Position numbers and translations under genes: made by a program. Below the pieces are notes generated by a model. That model was not told where the DNA came from. It was given only the letters and a program-made list of their open reading frames with translations, and did no database searches. DNA of 64,000 bases from contig CM052816.1 of NCBI GenBank assembly GCA_028534125.1, forward strand, positions 11,410,001 through 11,474,000, in the 5' to 3' direction. Below are positions 12,971-26,008 of this stretch, in pieces. Each line of letters starts with the position of its first letter. The stretch's first letter is position 1. The DNA comes from Lama glama. Lineage: Eukaryota.

Positions 12971-14688
12971 GTTCAAAAACATTTATAGGAGAGCAACTGA
13001 AGAGAGATCTAGCAACTGACTGCTAAGGAAGTGTGACGGCTAACATTTTGAATAATAGCAACTGTAACAGAAGTGGGAGCCAAGCACTTGACACTCTTCA
13101 CGTCTTTGATTTTCTCAACAACTTTGTGAGGTAGGGGTTATTCCTGTTCTTGATGGAAACCGAAACTTAAGAGAAGCTACAGGCTTGTCCGAAGTCTCCC
13201 CCTGGGGACGGGGAAGAGGGTCTGGGTCTGAAGCTGGAGTGGTTTCTCGTGCCCACAGCACTGCTTCCTTGTGGCAGTTCTTTCCCCAGGGGGACCTGGC
13301 AGAGCAGAGGGTGAGGGCGACAGTTTACGGGGCTGTCTCCACTGGGCAGGGGGTCGGGGTACGTTCTTAAAAATTTAATAAACATATTTCAAGGCCCCAT
13401 AGAATGTACTTTGGGGCAGATCACAGTGACACGGAGCAGAACAGTTTGAGGGGATGGGTGTCCATTTAATGGAAGCTCCCACTTTTCACCCACGGCTCTT
13501 GGGGCCAGTCTGGCCAGCGCAAGAGAACTCTGACAGCATCATCTGTCGGTAGGGATGTGCTGTGTGAAAACTGCAAAGATTAAAGAAATTTATATTGGGA
13601 GATGTCAAAATAAGCATATAAACAAAACATAGGATAACCTTCTGTCAATTACCTCAGAAGGAGGACTAGCTGAGCATCCTAAACAAAAAGGAGCATGGAG
13701 AGTGTGTCCAAAGGAACAAAAATGATCCTACTACTAAATAAAAACCCTCTCTCCTGGCAGTCCTGAGAACTGTAAAGTTGGGTTGGGAGACTTCTGTGAA
13801 AGATGGAGACCAAGGGGCACTTGGGGAGGGGATCTGAACTTAGAGCTGAAGCTCCTGGAAATTACTTTATTCAGAATATTTCAAATATAACGTTAAAAGG
13901 AGATTCGGTTTTATAGACCTCAGAATTCCCTAAGGCACGTGATAGCTTATCCTCCCAGGAGCTCCTGAAAGATAGGTGGACTTGTCATTATCCTCCTGGA
14001 ATGGGATGGAGCAGGCCTGGGGGAAAGAGTCACATTCCTCACCCTGACTTCAGGGACCTGCCTTTCCCCTCTTTGTCTCACCTCTTTTCTTTTCTGGATG
14101 ATCAGAGGAGGACAACGAGATTGGTTTAAGTCAGTCAGAGGCTTCTGTCTTTGTGTTTGATTCTTGAGGCACTGTATGTTACTAGAAACCCCTCCTGGGG
14201 TTTTGGAAAGTCAACAGCAACATAAATGAATAAAACACCACCCCTGCCCTTAAGAAGTTTCAATCTAGCGAGCATGGTGATAAGATACCTATGGGGTACT
14301 TACAGTACAAAGAACACAAGTGTAAGCAGTGTGACGTGAACACAGGGGAAAGAGATTAATTCTGCAGAAGAGTGGGTAGCAAGTTTACCTGAAGAAATGG
14401 TATGCATACAGGGCTTTGGGGTCTGGGTGTGACTGTGACAGGCAAATGCACCAAAAATAAATGCCGGGAGGAGCAGCATTTATTTATCCCACAAATATTT
14501 GTTCATTGCCTAGAATAATGTAGGCACATGCCAGATACGAGGACAGAAAGCCAAGAGGTGACCTAGTATACAATGTGCTTCCGAATGTTGAGTAGATCCT
14601 TGTGTGTTCCCACTCGTGTGTGCATGTGTGTGGAGGCTGGAAGCGGGGCTGCAGCCAGATCATGGAGGGCCTAGGATGCCTTAACTCA

Positions 14689-14843
14689 GGGAGAGGGTGT
14701 AGCTCAGTGGTAGTGTATGCCTAGCATGTGTGAGGTCCTGGGTTCAATTCCCCAGTACCTCCATTTAAAATCAATCAATCAATCAATCTGATTCCTGCTC
14801 CCCCCCACCCCACCCCCCAGCCAAATAAAAACAAACAAGAAGT
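14689..14843 (+). mobile_element. tRNA-derived SINE (Vic-1-like)
   Basis: gggagagggtgtagctcagtgg...gggttcaattcccagtacctcc and A-rich tail; 17-bp TSD tag(g/a)atgccttaactca at 14672-14688 and 14844-14860. Confidence 0.9.
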
Positions 14844-16577
14844 TAGAATGCCTTAACTCATTTAGGGGAGAGGGCACAGGTCTGCCCTCAAATCCTGGGT
14901 CTGTGTCTAGCTTTGAAACTTTGGGAAAGTGACCTGATTTTCCTGTTTCCTCGCTAAAATGGACACACGACACCTGAACAGTTGGGATAGTCATCATGTC
15001 TGTAAGTCGTCTATTACAGTGTCTGGCTTTCAGTGGTCACTGAATAAACAGCAGGTGTTACTGCTCCTGAGGATTGTAGGGAACCATTAGTGGTTTGGGG
15101 AAGAGAAGCTGCCCAAAAGATTTAGGTTTTCAAGGGATTGTTATGGAGGCCACGCTGGGAGGTGGATGGGGGAAGGGGGCTGGCGGGGTGAGGTGTAGGA
15201 ATGAGCGAGGTCCTGGGAGACCAGGAGGAGGCGGAAGCCACGATGAGGACCAAAACCAAGGCGGTGGGATAGAATGGACAGAAGCCATTGCTACTGAGGT
15301 GGCAAGACGAGCTTGCTGATGGACTGCGTGTCGGCGGTGAGGGAAAGGCAGCGCCCTGGAATGACGACAGGCTTTCCAGCTGCACGGCAGCTCCCCTCCC
15401 AGGGTCTGGTCCAGGAGGGGCAGGCTGAAGGAGGGGGCTGGAGAGGGTGGGATGGGGAGGGGAGGAAGAGGCTGAGTTCTGTGAGTGTGGGACTCAGGGG
15501 ACAAACAGACTTCACATGCTGAGCAAGTCTGTTTTAAGGGTCTCCAGGGTGAGCCTGGCACCTGTGACTTCCCTTGAGAGCCATTGCTGAAGGACTCCAT
15601 TCTGACTCGGGTCCCAGGCAGTTGGCTTCTTTTTCTCTTCCTACAGCATCCCTTCTCATCACAGACCCAGAGATAAGACCCAGGACTCCCCGAAAGGCCA
15701 GCTGCATTGGTTCCAACCCTCCTACTTAACCTCCTCCACCACAGTTTCCCAGAGAACCTACTCAGAGTCTTCACGTCTAATCCTGAATTGTTCTCCAGTA
15801 CAGTTGTTTTTAGCCCGGAGTTCGTCTTTGCGGTCACTTCCTGACGTTCTAGTTGGGTGTGTCAGGTGGGAAGACACAACGACTTTAGGAAAACAAAAAC
15901 CTCTGCTTTAGCTTCTCTTTGTGAGAAGACAGGAATTGCTCCCCTTTGTTGTTTAGGACTTGAGGGACAACCCAAGACTTCTCTTTACTGTTTCTTTAGA
16001 GCTGCTTTCAGAAAATCAACCTCTTACTCGTCCAAGCCCCTCTGTCTAACTGGTGAGGCCTGAACATGCTTTCAAGCGGCTCTTCCCTAAAAAATGTTCT
16101 CGGACTTTTTATGCCACCATCACAGAAGGGCTGACATTCAAATATTCAAATATCTCTCTTTCTCCCCGGTCACTAAGACAGAAGCTAACGAGCACCCTCC
16201 TCTCTGCTTCTTGGCCCTTCTTACATGTTCTAGCTACGCCATATTGACTCTGTATCATTGCATTCCAAACTGCTTGCCTCCTGCCTCCAGAGTTTTTGCC
16301 ATGTCCGCATGCCACCTGCACCTTTATTAACTTACTATTCTTTGGAGAAAAAAGCATTAGAGTTTTGCTAAAGTATTAAAAAAATTTCATATAATTCTGT
16401 GAACATAAAAGTAGTATCACTTATAATTACTAATTACATGAAATTTGGCCAGGCCTTTTTTCTTTTGGGGCCTTAATTACTTTGCTGTAAAGTGGTGAGA
16501 ATACCTCCCCTACAAAGGCTCTTTACCATATTTAAGGATGAAGGGCAGGACTCAGGAGATAGGCAACAAAAAAAGAT

Positions 16578-16712
16578 CATCTACCTATCTATCTACCTTC
16601 CTACCTATTATCTATCTATCTATCTATCCATCCATCCATCCATCCTTCTATTTATCTCCCTCTCTATCTATTTATCTATCGATCAATCAATCAATCAATC
16701 ATTCAATCAATC
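16578..16712. repeat. Compound tetranucleotide microsatellite (TCTA)n/(TCCA)n/(TCAA)n
   Basis: Directly visible. Confidence 0.9.
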
Positions 16713-17744
16713 CTTTTACTTTCAGTAAGTGTTTGATATTATTGTTGTTATTGTTTTGGTAGTAGAATCCCCGGGACTCACTATGGTGACTGGTAAGCAC
16801 TCAACAGATGTCTATTGGTTGAAAGAGTTACGCTGACCTGTGATCTTTCCACAGGAAACAATTCCTCCTCCAGTCTTCCCTGTCTGTGTATACGTCACCA
16901 CTGTCTGCCCAGATGTTTAAGTCAAAAGTCTGGATTCCTTGATTTATTTGGTACCTACTAGGGACTACATGCTATGCAGAGTGCTGAGATGGGGAAGGTA
17001 GGGGGAGCCTGGTGAGCTGGACTCGACCAAAACTCTCAAGGGTGTTAGAGAAAAAGGAAGCAGGAGAACTTTTCATTTGTTCCACTTTCCACTCATCTTT
17101 AGATGTAGCTCATAAATGTGACATTTTAAGAGTGAGGTTTTAACAACATCTGGGCCAGCATAGAGAAATTACTTATAATCCACAGCCATCTGAAGTGAGA
17201 AAAGGCCATCAGTACCGAGCAGTGGTTCCCTGGGAAGAGGGTATGCAAATGTCACCCTTTGGAACTCTCACCATCTGTGAAAACTAGGAAGGAATCCTAC
17301 TTGTTTTGAATCCTCCTAGGATTCTCCACTGCAGTCCAGCCTCTCTGTCAGTGGGGTAAATGACCAAGAAAGAGAATTAAAAAGGTGCACAGGAAGTGAC
17401 TCTAGGCTAAATCCTTTAGGAACCCAACTTACAGCTGAGTGGGCTAGCCTGGATCTACTGCATGTGGGCTGAACTTCATACCTCTATGTCTATGTAGAAA
17501 GAATGTTTCAGAAAAATTCTGCTGGTCTTTGGCTTAACTGAGAGTGACAGGCCCCTGTATGTGTGTATGTGTGTATGTTTGTATGTGTGTGGGTGTTAGG
17601 GATGGGAGTGGGTGGAGAATTTTGGGCACAGAGTGTGTTATGTACTTGTAAGAAGGCACTTGGACTGTGTGTAGGAAAGCGATGAAATTTCATGGTTTTT
17701 TTTTTTTTTATTGCAAGGAGAGTGTATGTGGCAGGGCGAGTGTA

Positions 17745-17746
<2 letters not shown>

Positions 17747-17779
<33 letters not shown>
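17747..17779. repeat. (TG)n microsatellite
   Basis: About 16 uninterrupted TG units. Confidence 0.95.
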
Positions 17780-17782
<3 letters not shown>

Positions 17783-18397
17783 TGGTGCAAGTGGCGGGCA
17801 GAATTACACGAAGAGCCAGCCTCCTAGAGATACAGACAACGGTATAACGTATGAGGTGCTGGAGGAGGGGACTGTTTTATTTTCAGACCAGCACACAGGT
17901 CTTGGAGGAGCCCTTGACTTTCTCCTCCTCCTTGTCTTGTTAAAAAGGGATTAGAGTCCAATTAAGTCATTTAATCCCAGGGTAGAGATTCATGTTTAAA
18001 AACAAAATTTACAGCTTTGGAAAAAAAAACATCAGTGCAAGCTGAGGTTTGTCCTTTCAAGTTGCCACCTGCGTGGTTCCAGAGTGTTTTCAGCAGAACA
18101 CCCAGCATGCAGTTCTTAATTACTTTGCCTCACACCTCCCCTCCTTCATCTTTTAAAGGACCCTTCAACCTAAATAGCCTCATGCTGTTAGAAGCCCTTC
18201 TGCTTCTGGATTGCCACAACTACCCCTCAGCTTATCTCCCTTCAGTTGGCAACTTGGTGGCTAGGCTTATAAGAACAGTCATAGTATTAATAATATAGTA
18301 TTAAGAGCTAATGCTTATTGGGGGCTTAGTTTGTGCCAGGCATTGTGCTAAACATGTTATATACATTATCTTACTAGATGCTCTAGATGAAAATACC

Positions 18398-18557
18398 CAG
18401 GGCTGACTTCATGGTGTCTGACATGTGTAGGGCTTTGTGCTGAGAAGGGCCCTTCACTTGGTTTGATGCTCTGCTGCTGCCATTTTGAAATTCTTCATCA
18501 CGTTTGCCCTGCAACTTCATTTTTCATGGAGCCTTGCAAATTACGTAGCCAGTCCTG
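18398..18557 (+). mobile_element. hAT-Tip100 MITE, MER91A-like
   Basis: Termini cagggctgacttcat...ttacgtagccagtcctg; 8-bp TSD aaaatacc / aaaacacc. Confidence 0.8.
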
Positions 18558-18990
18558 AAAACACCCAAGAACCTATAGCTCTTTTTCCTTTCTTTTCCTT
18601 CCTTCCCACGTCATGCCTAGTAAATTCCCACAGGATGGCACAGTGAATGTCAAACTGTGATCCCAGTGAACAGAGGCCATTATCACCCTGCAGGGAAGTT
18701 CTCCAGAGGACAGGAACCATACCATGGCTCTTAGCATGGGAAAGCCACCCCCGTCCTCTTAACCTCAGTTTCCTCATCTATAAAATGGGGATAATAATAA
18801 TAATAATACCGAGCTCACAGGCTGTTTCAAGGATGAAATGAGACCATGTATATACAGCTCAGGCAGGTAATACATGTGACATTAGTTATTATTCATGCAT
18901 TATGAGTGCTTACATCCAATATTGCTTGTGACATGGTGTGGGTCACCTGCTCAACTCCAAGGTGCCCTTATCCCCGAGGTTGCTCCCTAC

Positions 18991-19314
18991 CTGCCCCACA
19001 GAGCTGGGAAGAGCATCCACTTTCTCCATGTGCTGGGTGAGCACAGAGGGGTTGCTGGAGCTGATGAGCACTGGGGTGCTGATCTCCACCATGTGGCGCC
19101 CCGAGGGGGAATGGACCATCCTGTTGAGAGTGTTCAAGGCTGTTGTGATGGAGAACTGCCCAGGCCCCTTCCTCCGGGACCCTGGGCCCCTTCGGAGGGT
19201 GGGCGTGTTGCTTGCTTTGCCCCTGGAGGATGAGGACACGAGGGACAGGCTTTGTGTGCGGGATGACTGATGACCTTTGTTCTTCTCTAGGAGGTGTCTT
19301 GCTGTGAGGTTTGG
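18991..19314 (-). CDS. SH3RF2: SH3RF2 internal coding exon (probably exon 5): linker after SH3 no.2
   Basis: [14 protein letters not shown]...[39 protein letters not shown]...SSVGQ, recognisable SH3RF2 sequence. Acceptor cttttgtcttttcag|CCA, donor CAG|gtaggg; 324 bp, phase 0-0. Confidence 0.94.
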
Positions 19315-19987
19315 CTGAAAAGACAAAAGGTCTGATGAGAATTTAGTCATCCTGATCTCATGTGAATAGCTGAGTCCTACTGGGCTAGTCTGAAGCCAGC
19401 TCAGATGCTGTCACCTCAGTCATCACTCCTTGGTCAGCTTCCATCTCTTCTCAACATGTCCCAGTTACTTTGCTATATCAGTCCATTCTGTTACATCATA
19501 GATATGACTCTTTTACTGAGGTCCAAAGAAGCTAAAATAAGCCACGATACTCTTCCTCAATCGATTGGACTCTTCCTTTACTGATTTCTCTCAGCCTCAT
19601 CCGAGCCTTCTTTACCTGGAGGACCCTCCCCACTTCCTATAATCACCCCTGAATTCCCCCACCCCGACCCCAGCTTGGCTGCTCACCCTTCTCAGTGTTC
19701 CTGCAGCCCTGATGCTTTCCCACTCCACACGTCAATCATGTCCTTTCCTCTGCTGGACTGTTCGCTACTGGAGGGCAGGGGCCTTAGACATGTATTCCAT
19801 GCTGGAACCCAGCCTGGATGCTCAGGGAGTGAGTGAGTGTGGAGTAATGTGTGGATGAAGTTGCTCAAGTTCATACACTTGATAAGGGTTTGAGCCAGAG
19901 TACAAATCCATTCGGGACCCTCAATCTTTAAGCTAAGGCCATCTTTTTCTATCTCCTTTAAATACACTTATCTCATCACCACTTAGT

Positions 19988-20160
19988 CAGTGGTGTGCTG
20001 ATACATCAAACAAACAAACAACTCCCCCCCATTTGTAGAGTTTACCAATTTCTGTGGTGCAAATATCTGCCAATGGCTTAACAGCTGGCTAGCAAGCTTC
20101 CTGAAAACATAACATCCGACTCTTGCCATCTGGCTCCAGCAAGCTCTAGCACGACCACTG
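19988..20160. mobile_element. hAT-Blackjack MITE, MER63-like
   Basis: Terminal inverted repeats cagtggtgtgct...agcacgaccactg. Confidence 0.7.
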
Positions 20161-20589
20161 ACTGCACTATGTTTTGTGTACCCGCCCCACCAAGGGCCCC
20201 ATGAGTTCCTTTCCTTCAGAAATCCGAAATCTGCTGACAAAAGGGTAAATGTCTCTGTACAATTACCTAAATCGCCATCATTATGATCGTCACCAGGTGC
20301 TCTCTAAAACCACATGTCTCATTCTAATTTAGAGATTCAGCTATAGAGAGAAAGGGAATTTGCCCATTTAAGAACTTTTTTTTCTTCATCTAAGAACTTT
20401 TTAATGACAGTGTGCAGGTGATTTAGATGATTAATATAGCTGAGATAGAACATTTTAAAGATGATGTAGTTCCTGCCTCAAAAAGCTTGTAATATCATGA
20501 AAATAAATCATCAAGTAGAAGAAGGTGCATTATTATGTCCACTTTAAGGAAAAGAATGGTGAGGCCCAGGAGTGACTTATAAATGGCAA

Positions 20590-21050
20590 GCTAGTGTGGC
20601 AGCAGCTGAGCAAGAAAATATCAGGCAGTGATGAGTGCTCTGATGTGACAGGGGGTGACTGGGGGAGGTGGCTGCTTTAGACTTGGGAGGTGTGGTCAAG
20701 GAAGACGTGCTGAGAAGGCGATGTTTAAGCTGAGACACAGATAACAAGGGGGAGCCAGCCATGTGAAGGTGTGGAGTAAGAACACCAGGCAGAGGGACTG
20801 TAAGCTGGTGGAACGATCATGAAGAAGGGGAAAGCTCAGCCTTTTTGAGAAAAAGATGAGAAAGAATCAGAGAGAGGGATGGAACAGAGCAAGTGAGGAG
20901 CAGGTGGTGAAGAGGAGGCCACGGAGACAGGGAGGAGCTGGATCACAAAAGGTGGGGCGGCTTCAAGTTCATTCTCAGTGTACTAGGAAGACGTTGGCAG
21001 GATTTAGGCAGGAGAGTGACATGATCTGAATTAGGCTTTTAAAAGCTCAT
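20590..21050 (-). mobile_element. L2 fragment (continues at about 22288-22400)
   Basis: Purine-rich antisense L2 phrases (gtttaagctgaga, ggagagtgacatgatctga...ttttaaaagctca). Confidence 0.65.
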
Positions 21051-21983
21051 GCTACAGTTTGGCAATTTCTTAATAAAGTTAAACACATACTTAGTGTCTG
21101 ACCCAGCAATCCCACTCTGAGTTAATTATACAAGAGAAACAGAAATTTAGGCTCACTCAAAAACTGGTGTGCAGATGTTCACAGTGGCCTTATTCATAGT
21201 TGCCAACAACTGGAAACAACCACAATGTCTTTCATTTGGTGAACAGATAACAGACTCTGGCACATCTGTGCAATGGAATATGGGTCAGCAATAAAAATGG
21301 ACGAGCTACTGATACGCCGACAACATGGGGGAATCTCAGAGGCATTATGTTAAGTGAAGGAAGCCAGACCCCAGAGGCTACATTGTGTATGATTCCATCT
21401 CCATGACATTCTGGAAAAGGAAAAATGCAGAAGCTGTGGTTGCCTGGGGTCAGGGTCAGGGAAGGAACTGACTACAAAGGGGCAGCCTGCCCTCGTATTT
21501 GTTGGAGATGTTAGAACTATTTTTTTAAATTGAAGTATAGTTGATTTGCAATGTTGTGTTAGTTTCTGGTGTACAGTATAGTGATTCAGTTATACATATA
21601 TGTGTTCTTTATCATATTCTTTTTCATTATAGATTATTATAAGATATTGAAGATAGTTCCCTGTGCTATATAGTAGGACCTTGTTGTTCATCTGTTCTGT
21701 ATATAGAAGTTTATATCTGCTAATCACAAACTCCCAATTTATTCCTCCCCTGACACCATTCCCTCTTTGGTAACCCTAAATTTATTTTCTATGTAAGTCT
21801 GTTTCTGTTTTGTAAATAAGTTCATTTGTTTCATTTTTTTTTTTAGATTTCACAAATAAGTGATATCACGTGATATTTTTCTTTCTCTTTCTGGCTTACT
21901 TCACTTAGTAGGATAATCTCTAGGTCCATTCATGTTGCTGCAAATGGCATTACTTTCTTCTTTTTTATGGCTGAGTAGTATTC

Positions 21984-22017
<34 letters not shown>

Positions 22018-22287
22018 CACAACTTCTTTAGCCAGTCATCTGTCAGTGGACATTTAGGCTGTTTCCATGTCTTGGCTATTGTAAATAGTGCTGCTATGAA
22101 CATTGGGATGCAGGTGTCTTTTCAAATTATAGTTTTCTTCAGATATATGCCCAGGAGTGGGATTGCTGGATCATATGGGAACTATTTTATATCTTGATGG
22201 TGGTGTAGTTATACTGTATGCATTTATCAGAATGTACAGACACCAAAAGAGCAACTTTTACTATATGTAAATAAAAATAAATACATA
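21051..22287 (+). mobile_element. Old L1 (L1MB/MC-type) 3' end, split by a younger L1
   Basis: gacccagcaatcccactc...ctggaaacaacc...gtgaaggaagccagac...tatgattcca; TSD aaaagctcat at 21041-21050 and 22288-22297. Confidence 0.8.
21524..22178 (-). mobile_element. Young L1 3' end (about 650 bp) nested in older L1
   Basis: ttttaaattgaagtatagttg...ccaggagtgggattgctggatcatatgg; TSD gaactatttt at 21514-21523 and 22179-22188; internal (TG)n. Confidence 0.9.
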
Positions 22288-22517
22288 AAAAGCTCATTCT
22301 GGCTGCTATTTGGAAGTGCCAGACTGGAAGGAGGGAGATCAACTGGGAAGTCACTGAAATTGTTTCAGCCAGTTCTGATGGAAGCCTGGACCAGGGTCAG
22401 TGTCTTCTGTTCCCAAGAGCACCCATCCCTTCACTGTTCACCCAGCAAGAGGAGAATATGCACTCTCCGAGTTGACTGAGTAAAGTTCTTTATGGTCATT
22501 CACAGCTACAATGAATT

Positions 22518-22983
22518 TGTGAAGGAAAAGCTGGGCTGGTCTAACAAGATAACTCACAAGTCTAGGAATGTGAAGGAGAGGCTGGGCTGGGCTAACAAGA
22601 TAACTCACAAATCTAAGTATCAGAATATTCCTCTGAGTTCTGCTAGACTAACTTGTAAATCTAAGTTAATTAGTGTTGGTTTGCTGTTCATGTTTTTTTT
22701 TGCTAGCCAGCTGGATTTTCAAAGATACATATCTGGCTTTGGAATGTTGGTTTGCTGCCTCCCTGCCTCCACTTTTGTGATAATGATGCTGCTAAAGCTG
22801 TTCCATGCCTATTGGCCGAATACCCCAAGCTTGTACTTTACCTATAAAACCTCATGTGCATGTCTTGGAGGTGCTCAGAGCTTCGGAGCAGAAGCCCCTC
22901 TGAGCCAGCTGGCGTAATACATCTGAGTATTCCAACCCTCCGAGTGGTGCTTGTTTCTTGGCTGGCCTGTCGTTTCCGTAACA
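22518..22983 (+). mobile_element. ERV solo LTR with duplicated 5' end
   Basis: TG...CA termini (tgtgaagg...ccgtaaca), TATA-like ctataaaa near 22842, aataca poly(A)-like signal near 22916. Confidence 0.7.
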
Positions 22984-23959
22984 AAATAAGTTAATTTTTT
23001 CTGCCTCCACCTAAACCGTTCTGTCCCCAGGGGAGCAACAGCATGAGAGTTTCCATCAGCAACATTGACAAGGGGCCCCACGTGACTAGGTCTTCCCCGT
23101 CCTCTGGTAGTGTGATTAATAGCTCAGTCAGGAAAGGATCGTAGATCTTTTAAATTTGCTCCCACTCATTTGAAACAATATCCTTGTGGTTCATTGGGCT
23201 GAGCAAGGTTCGTTTAACCCAGGCGTGCCCCGCTGGAGAAGTCCTGACAAGAACGGGCATGAGCTCAGTGTTTGTTTTACCACTCTTTTATCCAGGTGTA
23301 GTTCAATACCTCAAATGATACATTAACAAGAAAAATCCTGTTTATGCCAAAAAAGAAAAAAAAAAAAACCCACGCCACTCTCAGAAGAAAGCTTTCCTTC
23401 CTTGCCATTGTTTTGCATGATGCTGGTAATTCAAAACTTACTTAAGGAGTTCTCAGCAAGTGCTGGTCTTAATGAAATGACTGGAGTCAAAATTTAAGTG
23501 CTGCTTTAAAAAGCTCAATTTAGATTTCAAGTAATTTTTGAAAACCAGGTTCTCAGATTAGAGCAACCACTTGATTATCTCTTCCCTTCCGAGCAATTAG
23601 GAGGATGAATGACATGATGGCTAGTTGGATGATAATCGTGAGGGTGCCTGTAATCACTAATTTTAGAGGTGGAGTACTGGGGAGAGTATCCAAATGAATA
23701 ATCATGAAATGTAGATGTTTTGGAAGAAAGAATATCAGAAATGGATAATAAAATCAGTGGTGCCCTTCCCCCCCGCCCCGAGCTATCAAGGAGCTTCTTG
23801 AAATAATACAAGGGACCACGCAAGCTCTAATCTGCAAAAATTTAAGCACCTCCTATGTATCTGACTAGGGCTTAGTTGTAGTGAATCTCTGTCCTTGGAG
23901 ACTTAACTATTGTCTCCCAAACATTTTGTTCCTCTTCAGCAAAGGATTTGATACAGTAA

Positions 23960-25200
23960 ATAGCTCTACCAGTGACACTAGGCATGCAAATCAGAAAGTG
24001 GGGCATGATCCTTGACTACTTCCTCTCCCCAACCCCCTGCTTCTGTCAACCTCCAAGTCCTGTGGATCTGCCTTCTAAAAGGTCCTTGAATCTATCTACC
24101 TGTGTCCAACCTACCAGTCAAGGTCATGGTCATCTTCTAACTGAGCCATGTCATAGCCTCTTAATTTGTCTTTCTGCTTTTTTTCTTCCCCCTCCTCAAG
24201 TGATTTTTCCCACTGCAGCCAGAGCAGTCTTTAAGAAACCCAAATCTGATGGAATCGCTGCCTGACTTTAAATCTTTCAGAGGCTTTTACGGACTTCAAG
24301 GTCAAGTGCAGACTTCTTATGATATGGCACAGATGCTGATACACAGCAAATATTCCATGTAGTCCCCTAGACTTCTCAGCTGACTTCCAGACTGGTGGGA
24401 CTATGTGACTGGTGGGACTATGTGACTGGTTCAGGCCAACAGACTATAAGTGGGAGAGACAAGTGTCACTGAGCTGAGACCCTCACTGACGTACAGTGCA
24501 CTCTTCTTTACTCTTACCTTGCCATGAGACTAGGAAGTCTGTGTGTTCCAGATGGCACAGAGATAAGATGGCCCAGCCTCATTAGTCTGGGTTCCTTAGT
24601 GGCTGTGTGAGCACCGCCACTCACTATTCTATGCTCAACATGTAATATGGGTGAGAAATAACTTTTTCTTTGTGAAGCCACTGAGATCTGGGGGCTGTTT
24701 ATTACCACAGCATAACCTAGCTCATCCTGACTAATTCAAGCAGGTTTACAAAGCCCACTGTGGTTTGTGTCCCATTTGCTTTTCTGGCTTTACTTTCTGT
24801 CTTTCTCTTACTCTCTAAGCTCCAGCTCTAGTATTCTTTGGTCTCTGGATGCACCACACCTCCTGACCCTGTAGGACTTTTGCACATGTTACCTCCATTC
24901 CCTAAGACACTCTTCCCTCCATGCTTACCTAAATAACTCCTAATCGTCTGTCAGATCTTGGCTTAAAAGGCATTTATCAACACCCTTTCCAGGTAAGTTG
25001 CCCATCATCCCATTTCTCCCTGCCAGTAGTTCCCTCTCCTTCACTCTTTGCATCATGCATCACATTTATACTTACTTATTAATGTCTGACTTTACAATTA
25101 CTGAAATTAGGGACCCATATCTGTCTTGTATCATTAGAACTTAGCACAGGACCTGACATAGCAGGCACTCGATGAAAAATTAGTTGAATGATTGATTAGA
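23960..25200 (+). mobile_element. L2 3' region, interrupted by a MaLR LTR
   Basis: atccttgactacttcctctc...cagccagagcagtcttta...aaatctgat...ggcactcgat...gttgaatga. Confidence 0.7.
24340..24738 (+). mobile_element. MaLR solo LTR (MLT1H/I/J-like)
   Basis: Typical 3' end gaagccactgagatctgggggctgtttattaccacagcataacctagctcatcctgactaattca. Confidence 0.75.
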
Positions 25201-26008
25201 TGTTTAGGACAGGGTCACACTGTAAGGTTTGTTCTCTGAATTTTTTCCTAGTGTCTCTGATCACCTCCCAAATATTTTTCATCCATTTACTTGTTAATTT
25301 TTTTTTTATATAAAGTCCCTGCTCTGTGTTGGGCTAACCTGTCAGGTACAAGCCAGACACCCATCAAGTTTTCAGAGAAGAAAGAGACAACTGAATATTC
25401 AACTAGTTGCTGGAATTTTATGGAGAAAGTGGATTTCTAGTGGAGCCTAATAAAATGAGTGAAGTTGAACAGGTAGAGCGAATTGGGTGCATATTACCTG
25501 AATGGGACTTAAGCAAGAGAAAAAGCACCATCATTTAGTAGAGATAGTAGTAAGACCAGCCTCTCTGGACCCTTTCTCTTTCTCTCCCTCCCATTTTTCA
25601 TTCTTTCCATGCAGATTTAGTAGAGGAGTAGAGAGAGCATTGTCAGCTGGGCAGCATTCTGTGCACACTATTCACTTTAGAACCTGCTTTGGCTCTTACG
25701 GATGGAAGAACTTGTCCCTTCTTTCCAATTATGCCTCTGTTCTGCTTCACGCCACCCTCCTAGAGCACGAGAAGCAGACCTTTTACTTCTTTTATAGCTC
25801 TGCACTGCTCACTTTGAATGCTTTATCCCTAGTACACACCCAATAAATGCAGTTAAATAATAAAACTTCTCTTTTAAATTTGTAGTGACCCTGCTTCAAG
25901 CTAGGGTGAGGCTGACTGCTAGAGAGGCTTGGGGCTACAGGTTGTATTATTATCCTGGAGAAACAGGCAGAGAGCCTAGCATGTGTTCTTTCTTTAAAAC
26001 GTGGCTTA

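Noticed and set aside
14689..14765. tRNA-like sequences with A and B boxes (also 5960-6023, 40845-40919, 45424-45500, 61985-62060)
   Set aside because: They have A-rich tails, mostly clear TSDs and diverged stems: SINE heads, not tRNA genes.
15130..15837. 235-aa minus-strand ORF, the longest without Ns
   Set aside because: No recognisable domain, non-ATG start, Pro/Ser bias explained by a G-rich opposite strand; not SH3RF2 sequence.
18943..18990. In-frame read-through of the 324-bp exon ([19 protein letters not shown]) as an alternative last exon
   Set aside because: A 15-codon extension is expected by chance and I saw no nearby AATAAA on the minus strand.
22492..22917. 141-aa ORF with repeated VKEKLGW..KITHKS
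   Set aside because: Lies in a solo LTR; the repeat reflects the 51-bp DNA duplication.
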